This document shows positions 49,701 through 64,000 of a DNA stretch of 64,000 nucleotides, in pieces. This DNA is from Botryllus schlosseri (taxonomy: Eukaryota). The notes under the pieces are model-generated. The model saw only the letters and a program-made list of their open reading frames with translations. It made no database searches and was not told where the DNA came from. The translations under genes and the position numbers were made by a program. Numbering within the stretch: the first letter of the stretch is position 1; each line of letters begins with the position of its first letter. The DNA lies in assembly GCA_051294905.1 (NCBI GenBank), contig CM119372.1, positions 10,170,001 through 10,234,000 on the forward strand. The letters are read 5' to 3'.

Positions 49701-51210
49701 TAGGGACTAGGGATGGTGTGAACATGAGAATCACGTTCGCGTTCTGTGTGTGAGCCTGGGAAATTTAGAAGTTCACGTTCACAAACGAACCTTAGTAGGT
49801 TCTGCACTTTTAACCTTCTTCATATATTACAATTTTTCAAGTCATAATAACAACCTCGGTTGAAATTATTGGAATTTCAACTTCGGATCAATCTATGTAT
49901 GGAGGTAGCAGCCTAAAAAAATCAACACTAAACGAGCATGCACCTTGCCAATTTTTAAAAATTTTACTTGCTTTGTTACAAAAGTTTGATCGACATATTC
50001 AGCTTTCCATTCGTGAATATTTAGTGACTCTCTGCTGTGAGATTGGCCCACAATCACACTACATCAAGAACGAAATAGTACACTACATCTGGGAAGTCAG
50101 CGCATGATGCTTATTCAAACTATAAGTGAAATTGATATACATGGTTGCCTAGTGAAAAAAAGATCTAGCAGGCGTACGAGATCCATCTTGATTTGATATG
50201 TTTATATTGTGCCATAAAATCCAAATCCGTGTGATTGGGGTGTTGGTTACTGCAGTACATGTACATTGTATTATACATAGGCCTACATGTATAACTCGTT
50301 TATGGGGTGATATCGGCAGCAAGTATAGAAACCCGTTTTACACTCTGCTCAATATCAATGTAGCAATAGTCAGACGCCCAGTACATTGTCCGGTCTGGCC
50401 TAGACCGTTGATGCGTAAGCTTATATTCCCTTGGAAGTCATCGTCGAAATTGTGGGCAAAGCGACGGAAGATGCTCACACGAACCTGAACCTTTTAGGGC
50501 AGGGCTGGCCAACCTTTTCAGCCAGAGGGCCACATTCGATTGACTAACTTTTGCGCGGGCCACTTTCCGCGCGAATCGCGAAAATTTTTTGAAGTTCATA
50601 GGTCAATAATATTGTCACTTGACTGTGTTACGGGCCTGCAGTATACCCCTGGGCTAAGTTTGCGAGGACTGGGCTATTCGGCGCATGGACATATCGATAT
50701 CGAAAGCTGCGACCAACATGCGTCAATCATTTCGTGCCTAGGTTTCATAGTCGACGGTCTTACTGCGAGCGCAAACGCAAGGTCGCATATGTTGAACGAC
50801 AATCTGATACGTACGGTGTTCTTCCATTTTCACAAAAGGGCAACGATATTAAAAACAAGAAATCGAGTGACAACATATTGCGCTAAGCTTGCAGAAAATT
50901 TTTACCTTCGATAAATCTATAGCAAATTATTCTGCTCTATTGTAGTGTACGAAGATATACCAATATGTGAATAGTTGATGGATCTGTCAATGAGTCGAAA
51001 CTGATATTTTATTCATCACATCCCAAGTGTTGAGGCCAGACTAATCAATTTTTTGTTGGCCGCAAGTTCACAATCTGTGCAATCCATTTTTAATGATATT
51101 AGAAATTTCGGAAATTACCTCGCGGGCCACTCAAAACCTTCTCGAGGGCCACATGTGACCCGTGGGCCACGGGTTGGCCGGCCCTGTTTTAGGGGTTCGC
51201 ACCATTCCTA
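49701..51210. mobile_element. hAT-type element (TAGGGATGGTG.GAAC ends) hosting a nested MITE
   Basis: tagggatggtgtgaac (49708)...gttcgcaccattccta (51210); flanks atgcttag/gtgcttag. Confidence 0.72.
50500..51186. mobile_element. Nested hAT (Charlie-like) MITE
   Basis: TIRs cagggctggccaacc...ggttggccggccctg; perfect TSD ttttaggg. Confidence 0.92.
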
Positions 51211-51313
51211 GTGCTTAGGCTTGACGCTGTGCTTAGACTCGCGCGCTTGTGCTGACAACGAACATTTTCTCGGCATTCAAGTACCCTAAAATATGAACCT
51301 GTCATACACACAC

Positions 51314-52288
51314 CAGTGTTGGGATCAAGTCACTACCTTCGAGTCACGAGTCATCTCGAGTCATTGCAGATTTTGACTCGAGTCAAGTCAAGTCAATCGA
51401 TTTTCAAAGGTGACTCGAGTCAAGTCAAGTCACTCGTTTTTTGGAGGTGACTCGAGTCAAGTCGAGTCAAGTCACGAGTCAAGTCACAATTCAAGTTAAT
51501 TTGGGTTTTTGAGCGATGATTCAAAGTCATTACATTTTGCTTGCCGTGTGAAAGACAGATTAATTGATCATGTATCTTGAATCAAATACCGAATATCTAG
51601 TTCAAGATACATGCAAAAAGACGTTGTATCCCTCACGCACACGTTGAACTGTTAATAAAATACGTAAGTGTACACTGTATACTTGTGCGAACAGCTACAT
51701 GCTACAGTCAGTTGTTATCATCCAAAATATAGGACCTAATACGAAGCTTCGAGAAGTTGAAACAAATTGATATGGCAAAATAGCCTACACTATCCATCTA
51801 CACATCCGTGAGAATATAAATGCACAAACTATATTTGTTCGATTTAAATCATAGATAAGGGTTGGTAAAGGTGAGCACTGCGCAACGTAAGCATTGATCC
51901 GTCTAAGAAACAGAGACACATTGCTATTTAGATTGTTATTCTACTACTACTACTACGACAACGTAAGCTGTGATTGTTTCGTTTGCGGTCAATTTATTTG
52001 TGATCTACCACCAATCGAGGATCAGTGTATCGTATAATCAGTGAATGACTAGTTGCTCTCACAAGTGACACCATCGTATCTCGAATAATCCGAACATACA
52101 CAAGATACAGTGATTTATTCGACACCGTTTACTTGATGACTTGAAATTGACTCGTAAATTTTGCTCCGAGTCACGAGTCAATGCACATTTTTGTAGCTTC
52201 AAGTCAGGTCAAGTCAAGTCATTTTTCCAAAGTGACTCGAGTCAAGTCAAGTCATACGAAAAAGTAGACTCGAGTCATCCCAACACTG
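51314..52288. mobile_element. Second copy of the CAGTGTTGGGAT MITE family
   Basis: Same TIRs and subterminal arrays as 35505-36480, and almost the same length. The interior is diverged and the TSD is degenerate (acacacac/atgcacac). Confidence 0.9.
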
Positions 52289-55200
52289 ATGCACACTCTT
52301 TGCTCGCGAGTTTTTGCAACTTGATTGACCTCGGAGTTTTATACCGTGTGGTGGAGATATTGGGATATGTACGATGTAGGATTTCCCCCTGTATTTCGAT
52401 TGCTACAATCATTTACACCCCAGCCGCAAGATATAAATCGGTTACTTGAATCCAAGCATGACACGGCGTGACTTTAGAAAATAAGATTCGAATAAGTAAT
52501 GTAAGTAGTGCCAAAACTAAATACGTAAATCCTGGGGAATTATGTTTTTAAATGTTTCTTGTGCATATATATATATATATATATTCAAAACAAACTTTAC
52601 TTGAGTAATTTAGCAGGGTTACTTTGCATGTTCAGTTTTTTAATTGATTTTGGTTGTACGTTATTGAAAAATATTTTAATTACCCAAGTAGTGCTTGCAT
52701 GAAAAATGCATCATTCCTATAAGGAAAAGTATCATAATCAGTGACCAGTACAATCACGATAACGGCATTTTTTACGAACTTACACTTATTAGTATCTCCT
52801 ATTCTGCATTAGTCGACAGGATATATCTCGTAATTATACAAAACAATCAGAAGATATTGGAAAACGGCTAACTAACTAAAACGCACAGTTCCAAAAGACT
52901 TTTTCTGTCTATTCATAGCCGTATTTGGCAAATATTTCGTTTTTTACTCATATATTTTTGTATATATCTTTTAATTCGCTATTTTGGCGTGTACTCATTT
53001 TCAAATTTGCATCATTATTTCAAATTCTACTCGAGTACCACCATTGACTATTTTGAATACCTCTTACAACTCTCTGTATTTCAATAACGTACAGATGCAA
53101 TTTTATAACTTGTATCGTAATCGGTAGACAAAGCACAGGCAAACAATAATTCCCGATCACAAGTATGCAGCTGAGATGACGGAAAGCACTTCTTGTAACT
53201 AATATATGTATTTCACTTTGTGACTTGTTCGGTAAACAATTTTGTCGAACACGCACAGATACAACATTTTGTTTCCTTCAAATATGCTACAATGAGGCCA
53301 ATAGGCTCAGTCATATTGGTGTTGACGCTTCGTTTATGTTACGATCAACATCTAGGGTAGCACGGAAATTACAAATGATCACGCCAGACTCAGCCAAGTT
53401 TATTCTGCATCTAGCGAAATGAAACGTGAGAAATACACAGAATGGGAATACGTCTCGAGTATGATTCGTACAAAACAGCAGCAGACATACTGGTTATTGT
53501 CAAATCTACGTGTTACTCTCATTCATCACGTAGCCCAGGCCGCGTTACAACCATTTCGGAGTGATGTATCCCTGATTTGAACCAAACAGACGCTCGATGA
53601 TTCTCCATTATTTCGAGAGCATTTTGGTGCGCTGTTAAAACCCCCGACACGTTGACAGACGTGAGAAAAGTAGCCCCTTCATCTGCGCTCAATATCGCCG
53701 CACACGGCGTGGGACCGCGCGACATAATTGACCGAAGCCGTGTCACTTTCAGAAGCAGTTATCGATCCGGGTTTTCATCTTTGAAAAATAGCAGACCTGC
53801 CAGCGAGGAATAGTATTTGGAAGTGTGTCATCGCGCTTGTATCCTCGCTCTGCTTGCAGACTGTTTATTGCGAAATATAAGGGATTTAGATCATATGTGT
53901 AGTAGATTAATATCCTTTGTCCAGGACCAATGTTGTTGTTCGCTCACTCACTCCACCTGTATTGGCGACCGCTTTTCTTGCCTAAATATAAAATATAAAA
54001 TATAATATCATGTACCAGAAAGAATCCATCACTTTTCTCCCGGTTAGATGAAAATAGTTAGGACTTCGGAACTCACCACGGCAAAGTGGCGTAGAACGTG
54101 TAGCGACCTTCCGTGGTAGGCCTTCGTCCTCTCTAATAATGGCCCTATTTTCCGTGGCGATATCGGTCTACTTCAAAGTAACGGTCATAGCAGGGTAGGG
54201 AAAACCGGAGCAAAATTCGCGTTGGGATTGTAATATTGAGATATTTAAGTTTGTGTGCTGCTGTATCCACCTATTAGCTTCCGACCACTCCTCAGAGTGA
54301 TCATGATCAGGTTCAATTCGTATTGGTATTACTGCTCGCTCGTGAGGTACATCGGTGTCGCGATGTCCAATGGAGACAAAACGCGAAATAGTGAGCTGTT
54401 TCTTCCGTCAATTGGTGACGCAATGTATACACAATACACTTCTATCTTTCGAGAATGACAAATGATCGGATACCAGCGATAAATCTATGTCATTGTAGTA
54501 TTTTGGCGCGTTAGGTTTATTTATAGGCGTTAATACCAACTAGAAATCTTCGCCGGTAGTCACGAAGCACAGATTGTAACAACGTTAAACCAGATAAAAA
54601 CGATGTAACCGATTTTCGGGACAGATAATGGTATGGAAAGTGCAGTCAATATTGATTACTAAAAGACCCTTGCTTGGTAACCAATCGGCGTTCTGTTATT
54701 TGTGTTTTAGGAAAATTGCCTTCCATCACGTTTCGCACATCTGCGTATTGTCGGTATAGTTTTACCGGGGTCTAAATAATGTCATCATTGACATGTATGT
54801 ATTTTGTATAAAGTAAACGCAAAACATGCCCGGGAACAGTGATACGAGCAGTGGACGGCGCACCGTTGGATATTTGATCTGCGCTATTTACTCCAGTGAA
54901 AAATCCCTCTATGCTAATTACAACGGAATCGCAAAGGCGAGTGCACGGCGCTGCTCCACCTTCGATCAGTTTTAATTATTTTCATGTAAAACATTCCGCT
55001 CTACATTTGTGATCGCGCATTTGTTATTCGCCTTTTGACCCTAACTTTACTTTTCGCGAACTCAGGGCGACGAGCTCGGATTCCAGAGTATTTTCGCGCC
55101 CACGAGTTACATCAATCATATAATTTATTTGTATTTATGTAAAGTTCCCAGCAACACAAACTTATGAGTTTTAAGGTGATACTTTATCTACAAGTGTAAA

Positions 55201-58200
55201 AAACGAAGACAAAGTGGGTTGATGACTTTAGTATTCTTTTCACCGCTACGTTGTTGAAGTTAACTACGATGACCTTCTAAGCTCGCTACCATTGCCGATG
55301 CGTGACAGGATAAAAACTACATTTATCCCCAGCAGAAAACTAAGCATGATGAATATCCAAGCTGCGTGTAAAGGAATTTCTACGTTTATACGAATTCGCA
55401 TAGAAATTTAATGCGATAATACCTTTCCACCGCGTCATTCCTTTTGAGGGACGAGATAAATCTTATGTCTCAAAGGCTCCTGTCACAATACTCCATCAAT
55501 ATGCCATCACGAAAAGCAAGGTCGGTGTGCATTTTTTCTACTTGTATTTGCGGATGTATCCCAATTACGCAGGATATTCCGAGACAGCACTGTATTTGGT
55601 CGGCTGCAACGTTCGCATTTTGATAACCACAATATCGTAGACGCGATGAATCCCATGCAGTGCTGTTTCGGGATTCCGAATTGTGCTTTCCCGCCGCCAG
55701 ACAGAATGTTGAGGCTAGACTAGTACTGTAGTAGGGGGAAGGGGGGGGGGTCGAAAATGTCGCGTGAATTAGAAAATTGTATTTATGTAACAGTGGAGTA
55801 ATGCCTGCTGCTGCTGCCAGCGCTCGTTAAACAAAACTTGTTTTCCTTCGCTATGCAATTGCAAGTCGCTATGAAGCCGCCATTTTGAATGCAAATGTTA
55901 CTCGCTATATAGCAGTCAGAATCATGCAATCCATTTATGAAAGCACTCCAATTGTTGCATTCTTTATTGTCCTATAGGACACTATGGTTGCATAGTACCG
56001 CTGACGCAAATGAATCTTATCCGTGATTCAAAACCTGCCACTGAAAGATGCAAAGTAATAGGCTATATAGCGAAGACGGACACTCGGACAGTGCTTCGCA
56101 AACAGTGAAAGGCGGCCTAGAATTACTCAATTGTTAGTTGACCTTTTCATTACGCCATGATTGATATCTGGCGTTGTGTCATTCTTTGGAATTTTTTTGC
56201 CCTCCCGAATTTTCACTGTGGTTTTACCCCGGTTGCCATGTATTGTACATAATCTAAGTTTCTGCATAATCGATATCGCGGTGTCGGGCCGTTTCCCAAT
56301 TCAAATCTTCCATACAACTGTCATTCAAAAAGGTTAACGACGCTTAGGATGAAATAGCACGCAGGTAGCATAACAGCGGGCTTAAATTCGATTGTAAAAG
56401 AATTGGAAACCTATACACCCAAGGTATTTCATATGCCGTTTCGTCACAAATGCAGAATTCGGGTTCATTATTTCGAGTAAAAGTTTAGGAGGCCAACGAA
56501 TATTTCAAATTTGAATTGGGCCACGACCATGAAAAGGGAACTTTACTGATATGCAGTATATCGTACGCAAACCTCACTGATGACCTAGAAAGCTGTGATA
56601 ACATGACAGACTTCACGGTTTTCTAATTGCCCAAATACTATATGGACATCAGGGAAAGTGCTTTCCGAATACATTTTTAAACAATAATATGGATGAATTC
56701 TGAAAATGTGGAATCGAAGTATTTTAGTAGTTTTCAGAAATGATGAGACTTAATAGTGAAAAAATGTGTCGCGCAGGGTCTGTATTATTTTGTGTGTGAG
56801 TGCTAGGCAGATGTAAACTACAGTTCACTGATATATATTATGTATAAATATATGCGTTTATGGCTTGAGAAATTGCGCTATCATAGGTGACCGTAGTGTT
56901 CAAATGTTCCTATCTCTCATATCTTTCTACAATTGATAGGGTAGTTAGGAGCATTCAACGAGTGTGCGAAGGTACACTCTTTAAGATTTGTAAACTTAGC
57001 TCGGGTGCCATCACCGCTGCGCACCACAGTCCGTGGTAAATGGATATATCTCAGCAGGGTACATTCAGCGTGGGTCGTGTGAAGACAAACTTGGCATTGA
57101 GATATTGATTTAATGATAGTGCAATGCATATTGAATTATAGTAGCGCTTGTCAGAAAAGATGTGTGTGGTATACTGGCGTAGCCAATGAGGAGTGAAAGT
57201 CGAATTTGCCCCTCCAGATTTTCGACTTGTTAATTTTGATGTCGTCTGTATTCAGTATGTCACAATGAATCCGCTACATCACGGTATTGTTGAAAATTTG
57301 AAAAATCTGAGCATCGGTCTGACATAACCTTGAAATGCTACGCACTACCGCAAGTATCGTGATAAAAGGTATAGATGCCAAAGAACCACTCCTATCATGC
57401 ACAAAGTACATAGGTTACGACACACGGACCATATGCCCCTTCTCGTCATCCCATCCGTGTAAGCGGTGTCTTACAAAAGCCTAGAAGTGGGCCGTGCTAC
57501 AAGTCGGCAGCCATCGAATAAAAATGAAGAAAATTGGCCTGGTGTAAATGGCCGTGACCGTAGTAGTCAAGAAACACCACGAATACCACAAAAAACAACA
57601 CAAAACAACACACGGACCATACGCATTTCCACAATGATATGCGTAAGTTTGTAAAGAGTATACCTCAAAGTCCATATTGATAAATACTCGATTTTGCCGA
57701 GCCCACAGACGAGCATTGCGACACGGCGATAATCGAAACACAGGCAGTACGAGTGTGCTTCCAATATACATAGCATCCGCGTGATCCCAGAATACGCATC
57801 CCAGTATTCGGTGACATATAAATGCGTTTTAATTACAAGTAGATATTTCAGACACTCTGTAGGCATTACTTTGAATAGTCGCCCCACAAACGGAAATCGT
57901 TTCACTCAGGGCGGAACCGCTTGTCAAGTAGTCTCGATACAAACTGCAAAGTAATTGCCGTGTTGTCAGGAATTTTCGAAAGGGCTCGAGTAGCATAACG
58001 CAAAAATAAACCGTGTTACTTGTTTGAGTTAATGCCGGATAACAAGCTTTGCCGGGATGACTTTGTGATAAGGCGTTCTTTAATTGCTGGAACAATATCG
58101 TCCCGTTCGAAACGCTCACTCTACCATCGTGACTGTATTTGCGCAGAGGAATATAGATGCATTTTTGAGTGACACGGAGACAGCTTGTGGACAAACACGG

Positions 58201-61200
58201 CAAATCTATTTGCGGAGCAAAGTTGGCCGGGACTAGATCGTGGGAGATGTCATTATCTAATTTATCACAGGTTGTCACATTCCCGAAGCATTGTCTGCGC
58301 GATGTTCGGCGTGTGGATTGCTGTAAACTGTAATCTATGCTCCACGCAGATATTACAGGCGCAAATGCGTACCGCATAGTCATACACACATTATCGCTAT
58401 TATACGCGCATTTCCGATGATGTCCCGTATTAGTCATAGTAGAACTTTTCACTCCAATGTTACGCGATAACCGCAGTAACGCCACGGCTACGATTTATTA
58501 TTAGATCTTGTACTCATGAAGTAACGGATGCAGGGTGCGTATTGAAAATTATCCCGGCCAGTATAATAAAAATGCGCTTTCTTCTCGAACGCAATGCAAA
58601 GAAATCACAATCGGCCCAGTATAGGTAAGAGGTGGTCTCGTGGTCAGTATCGAAGTACTTTATCTTCTTCTTCGGAGTACTCAAGTATCATTTGACTAGT
58701 TGCACTATCTAAAAAGATTACTTCCACTGAAAATAATTACTTTTGTACTTACGTAGAAGCTGCTACTTAAAATATTACTTGAGTAGACATTTACGAAATT
58801 ATTACTACTCTCACGACCAACGATAAACACTTTAATCCCCTTTCCATAGGCATATATTTTGTTCTAGCCACAATTCCATACGCGCGGATTACGTTGCTTT
58901 AAAGATACAAATTCAAATATGACATGAGTAAATTTGAGGTAAGCCGCAACTGCTCATAAAATATCGACAGTCTCTATTTCTAATGTGTATATATAATATC
59001 TTATCAGCTTGTACAACATTGAAATAGTGGTATGTTTGATAATGATGCACACACATTATAGTGAGTATATCGCTGCAGGTAAATTGCAAAGTTGCTTTCG
59101 TTTACCGGTAATTGGTATCAACAACGCGCAAATTGCGGCGCCGGACAGGAAATCGCAATGAGTCAAGGGACACCGACAGCGAAAACGCGATCGCAGATAT
59201 TTCCGAACGTATATAGTTTGGAAAGTGGCAATTCCGTTAGCACCTGAACATAACGAGGGTTTCGTATGATGTCACATGGCTGACGACTTACCTCAAAACT
59301 TGGTTCATGAATATGTTTCAAGTGGTTACAAGTATTCCCACCTGCGTGAAAACAATGTCATATTTACCACGACTGTAATGTAACCCGCCACGTAACCAGC
59401 CCTACCCCGATTTCGCTTCCGGCTACTCAAGGAATTCCTTCGCCGCCGTGCCTTCACCTCGTCTGTGCTGTTTACGCGGATTAAAAAGATCAGGGCGGAG
59501 CTAGCGCCGGAACCTTCTGTTGTATCGTGATTGCTTTGGCGGGCAAAACGATGCGAAGTCGCTCGCGGGCGGATGTTGAGAATACACGATTTCGCTGTGA
59601 TCCTGCCGGATCGCGAGCGCTAAACAGACAAAAAGGCACGTCGATAAACTGCTGGAGTAGGGCCGTAAATCATTGACTCGAAAACAGTTTTTAAACATTT
59701 TCGTGTTCTTGTTTGTTCATTTATGTTTCACTGTTAGCTTTCCCGACCGTGCGCGTCAGATAACGGTTATGTGTTTTAGTTTGATTGACAGGAAGTGCGC
59801 GAGAAAACTCAATTGTTTCAGTGAACAACAATTTGCTCAGTGGCCCCATCAGAAACATAAGGGATATATTAATTAATGTTTGATAAAGCCAATTCGACAG
59901 TCGGCGATTCTGCCATGTCTTTATCCCGGACAGTTGTAAATGTAGCGTCTGAATACGTTATGTGTTGTTGAACTTTATACAGGTGATAATTAGCGAGTCA
60001 GCACCACCAGACTTGCAGACTTACATCCGGCAATGATCGGGTTGCACAATCCACAAAGCTAAAACGATATGATAAAACAATACCATTGAAGATATAAATT
60101 GCTTGCAGTGTTCCAATGTTTCATTTGCTTTGACGCGTTGTTCGGAAACGTATATACAAGTCAGTCACAAATGTCTTATGTATACAGTTTAGCGAGATAT
60201 GACAGGAGACTGATACTATTTTCCGAAGTTTTGAGTTTACTTCCCTAGTGCTACAACTTAAAAGACTTCAACGTGTCACTGATTGCACCAAACCGGCGAT
60301 GATAAAGAGGTCAAACAAGTCACTTATTGTGTGCATACGGTAAATGTAGCTGTGAGCTCGCCAGCAGTGCCCCGGTTACTAGACACCGACGCGCTGTGGA
60401 GACAGGCCGCGACTCTCGATATAGTCGTGTTTGTCATGCCCGTAAGTTTGCCGAAAACAAGCCGGAGTATCTTCGTCATGTCTCTGACCGACCTGATCGT
60501 GAGTGGGAATATGTTTCGAGGACTTTTGGTCGACTTCGATTATTTTCTTGTATACCACCGGTGTATTGCGTCACTCGTTTATTTGCTCGTTTATCAGAAA
60601 ATACGTAAAATCGGGTTAACAACTGATTCTGCAAATGGCAGGTCTTTTCCCACGCGCGGTGGAATAACAGCGTATAGGCTACATACAGAAACCTTGACTG
60701 GACAGTGGGCATGACTATAGAATGCAAAATTTGAACGCTTTTTAAAAAGTTAGTTCGAGACAGATAAGGCATCAATACGTAATTGCAGAGGCCATTTTGT
60801 TAACCAATTACTTCCCCCAGTGTAGCTACGTATTCGAGTATATAATATATACATTATACATTATACATAGACACACGATTATTGCGCGCTCTCATCAAGG
60901 TTTACTGATTAGATTGGATAGGTTTTCTGAATGCATATTGTTACTCCGTGTACCAATTAACAATTTATTTTGTTATGCAACAAATTTAAAATACTTTTGA
61001 TTGCTTGCGTGTACTAAGATCAGTGCAATTTCTAAGCTATACGCAAAGCTATGTCTTGTGCCTCAAGTATTCCGTGCTTTGCAGCGAAATCCCCGTGAAT
61101 GTTTGGCACACCTGCTGTTTTTTCGCGGATAAATTAACTAAAGTTAACGTTTTCTTGAAGTTTTCGCCACGTTTGAACAGGACTTTACTGGCGTTAGTGT

Positions 61201-62917
61201 TAGCTTAGACTTGTTTCGATCACTTTTACAAACGCCATCAATTACCCAGCTCGCATATTTCGCTCCGTCATACCGGGCGGCTCTAGGCACCATTACGATT
61301 TCAGGCTAATTAGTCGAAAATCGGCTTAAGTTGGACGTGATTCGAAGGGTACACAATGCACACCTTAGGTCTCTAAATTCGAGTAAGTTTGTGACCTTGT
61401 TAGATCCTAGGAAGAGTGGCACTAATAAATATCCGCAAACACCCTCCAGCCGTTCAATCAAGGTTACCATGTTATCTTTGACCGCGCTAATTGCCAACCA
61501 GATTAACCTGCTTACGAGCGCATCAACAAATAGATCGTACCAACCAGTCTAGTTGTCAACTTCCGATCGGGCAATATGTTTATAGTAAGATTTGTCAACA
61601 AATAGGCTAGTGTATCTTCCGAGGAGCATCATGTACCCAGAACTTGACTTTAATTCATTCATTGCAAACGCATACAGTAGTCTACCATTTTGATGAAGAC
61701 GATGATGGCAAGCGATTGGTGACGCCCAACGCTACACGAAACGAAAACCATCGCTTTCCATTTCCCGAGGAACACATATCCCTGTGATTTCTCACTTGCG
61801 AACCTTTACTTAATAGTTCTGACCTTATGAACTTTGACTCATGCGAATGGCTTTTTGCTAGGTGTCTCCGTAATTTCGCGTGTACGAAAAATGATTTCTC
61901 GTGTATCGAACAAGCAGACGAGGCCGCATGAGAATCGGTCCAATAGATGGCGCCGTTATGACCAAGCCAACGCTCAAGTATTCGGAGAACTCCCAAATGG
62001 CGCAATGCGATTTCTCTCGCCCAGTCGGCCAGACGTTTAGTGTGTGTGTGACCTTCGTCAGGTCACGCAGCAATATCTCCGGAGTACATTTCAATGGAAA
62101 GTGTAGATGAAATAATTTATTTGATATAAGAACTTGGAGATTATTAGTCGATATTATATTTGGAATTCTGTCATCAGTGCCATTGTTTTCATGAGAAGTT
62201 ATGGGACTAGCGTCTATGCGCGGAACAGGTTTCCTCGACTTAGAGCCGAGGCGTTCGAAACAAATTTTACACCTGATTGTTGACTGTATGAAGTTTATCA
62301 GAACGCGTTATCTCGAATCTATCAGAAGGCACGCGTGAAGTTGTATTAGTTGTAGTGAGAAAGTCGGGTATTAACGCTATCGACATAATGCCGACATTAG
62401 CTGATAAGAAACCTGCCTTACTCCTTTGTTCGCAATTGTTTAACTTTACTAATTCAAAGTCTGCACGGTGTGAACAAACTACTGCCTGCGACATTGCGAT
62501 AAGCGATTCACTCACAGGATTAAATGAAAGTATCTTTTATGAACCTGACACTAGCAAATATCCTGCTGGGAACTTTGAAGTTCGTATAAGTGGAGATGCA
62601 TATTCGTGTTTTATTCGTGGATATCCTCTGTAATACCACAGCAAATGAATCGTTGCACATTGCTCGATTTTATAACAGTGCTCTATACTTTGTCAGTAAC
62701 CCTGTGTAAAAGCACATGCAGTATATGTATACGCGATACTGCGCCATTTTGTATTTCGTGTCGATATCGAAACTGTAATTCGACGGGAGATGCAATGGAC
62801 TTTTTCGCGACGCCTGATCATTTTTTCAGCATCCGCTATCGTTCGCATGACCACATAACCATACCAAATTTATCGGTTCTCTAGAAAATCTGTTACTGAG
62901 AAGTAGCCATCAGAAAT

Positions 62918-63931
62918 ATGTATATGGAAGATGAAGACGCAACGCAGTCACAGCCGCCGGCTCCCCCGATCTCTTCGCATCTCGGATATTCAAGACAAAT
63001 GTACATGTATCACAATCAAGAACGCGTGGGATTAGATCAAAGTATGTATTTGCAGCGCGCGGGAGGCGGGAGTATCGGCTCGCCAACATCCCCGGGAAGT
63101 AATAATAATGTGGGAGATAGTAACGAATGTGCGAATTCCAATCCCGCAAACAGGTGAGTTATTGATGTTTTTATAATCATTGTGTTTCGGCATTCAGGGT
63201 CATTATATATCAGGTCGATATTTGCTATTGTGGTTCTTGAGTGTCTTACCTATAGCACAACCCACTTTCGTTAGCCAACTGTAAGATACCGCTTATGCGG
63301 ATCGGATGACCCTGAGAAGATGAGTTAAATTATTCTTCAAATATTTTATATTTACCGAGCAAGTTAGCGTATAATATAAATTAAAAATTTGTACGGACTG
63401 CACTTCAGCACAATATGGTCATGGACGCTTTGCTGGTTAAAACAATTGCTAAATCAAAATTGATGTTTAAAAAATCGCTAACCATGCATTACTAATACAA
63501 CCATATTTTTGAACGTAATTACATAAATGATTACCAAGAAAAGACATTGGATATTTCTGCCGGACTATTGTTGCGTCCGTATGGGCATTGTAACGAATGT
63601 AAGCTAGAACTCAGCCATTTTATCTTGCATCGTATTCAGGGTGTCACAAGGCATACCTTCGCAGTACAACCCTGCCTCGCTGGAAGCGAAAATACCTTAC
63701 GACTTGTACCGTGGATCGAGTCGTTACTCCAAAGAGTCTTCCCTAGCTGACCCCTCACAAACCTTTGCGTCGAGAGGAACAGAGAAAAAATCCGGAAGTC
63801 CGGATTCGGGAGTTGAGGTGGACCGGGCCGCAGACATCGCTGGTCATATTCCTACCGGAGCGATATCAAGCATTGCTGTCAGCGGTGAGAATAGATCATT
63901 TTTTGATCCATCAAATGAAATGCTTCGGTCG
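62918..63931 (+). CDS. First two coding exons of an unidentified gene continuing beyond the window (low-complexity S/G/P/Q-rich N-terminus)
   Basis: Exon 62918-63153 (donor ag|gtgagt) splices in phase 2 to exon 63640-63931 (attcag| acceptor, tcg|gtatga donor). An in-frame stop upstream of the ATG and an acceptor ttctctag ending at 62884 support 62918 as the start. No domain is recognisable. Confidence 0.7.
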
Positions 63932-64000
63932 GTATGAGTAATATGTAACTTTAATACTAATTATAAGTATGGTGTCCGAGAGTATTTACTTGTCAATCAA

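Noticed and set aside
57829..58485. 218-aa minus-strand ORF
   Set aside because: No recognisable domain, non-ATG start, random-looking composition and no supporting exon chain.

Overview
This is intron-rich eukaryotic (metazoan) genomic DNA. The compact introns, dense MITE content and an operon-like gene junction suggest an ascidian/tunicate-type genome, but that is inference. Five + strand genes could be rebuilt by hand from GT-AG splice sites and intron phases. (1) Abi/Abl-interactor, 684-12594, 12 coding exons. (2) A strongly divergent, greatly enlarged NAP1-family histone chaperone, about 14020-33316, still ending in CKQQ. (3) G3BP with an intronless CDS, 39557-40996. (4) GLMP/NCU-G1 lysosomal membrane protein, 42392-47241. 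(5) The first two coding exons of an unidentified gene from 62918. Introns and intergenic DNA hold many non-autonomous hAT-type elements with 8-bp target-site duplications (several nested), a 1.6-kb fold-back hAT element, and three copies of one young CR1/L2-group LINE, one inserted antisense into another. The most notable signals are the G3BP poly(A) signal sitting directly against a splice acceptor and the GLMP start codon (candidate trans-splicing-resolved operon) and the giant NAP1 paralogue. All family assignments come from recalled sequence motifs, not from database searches.
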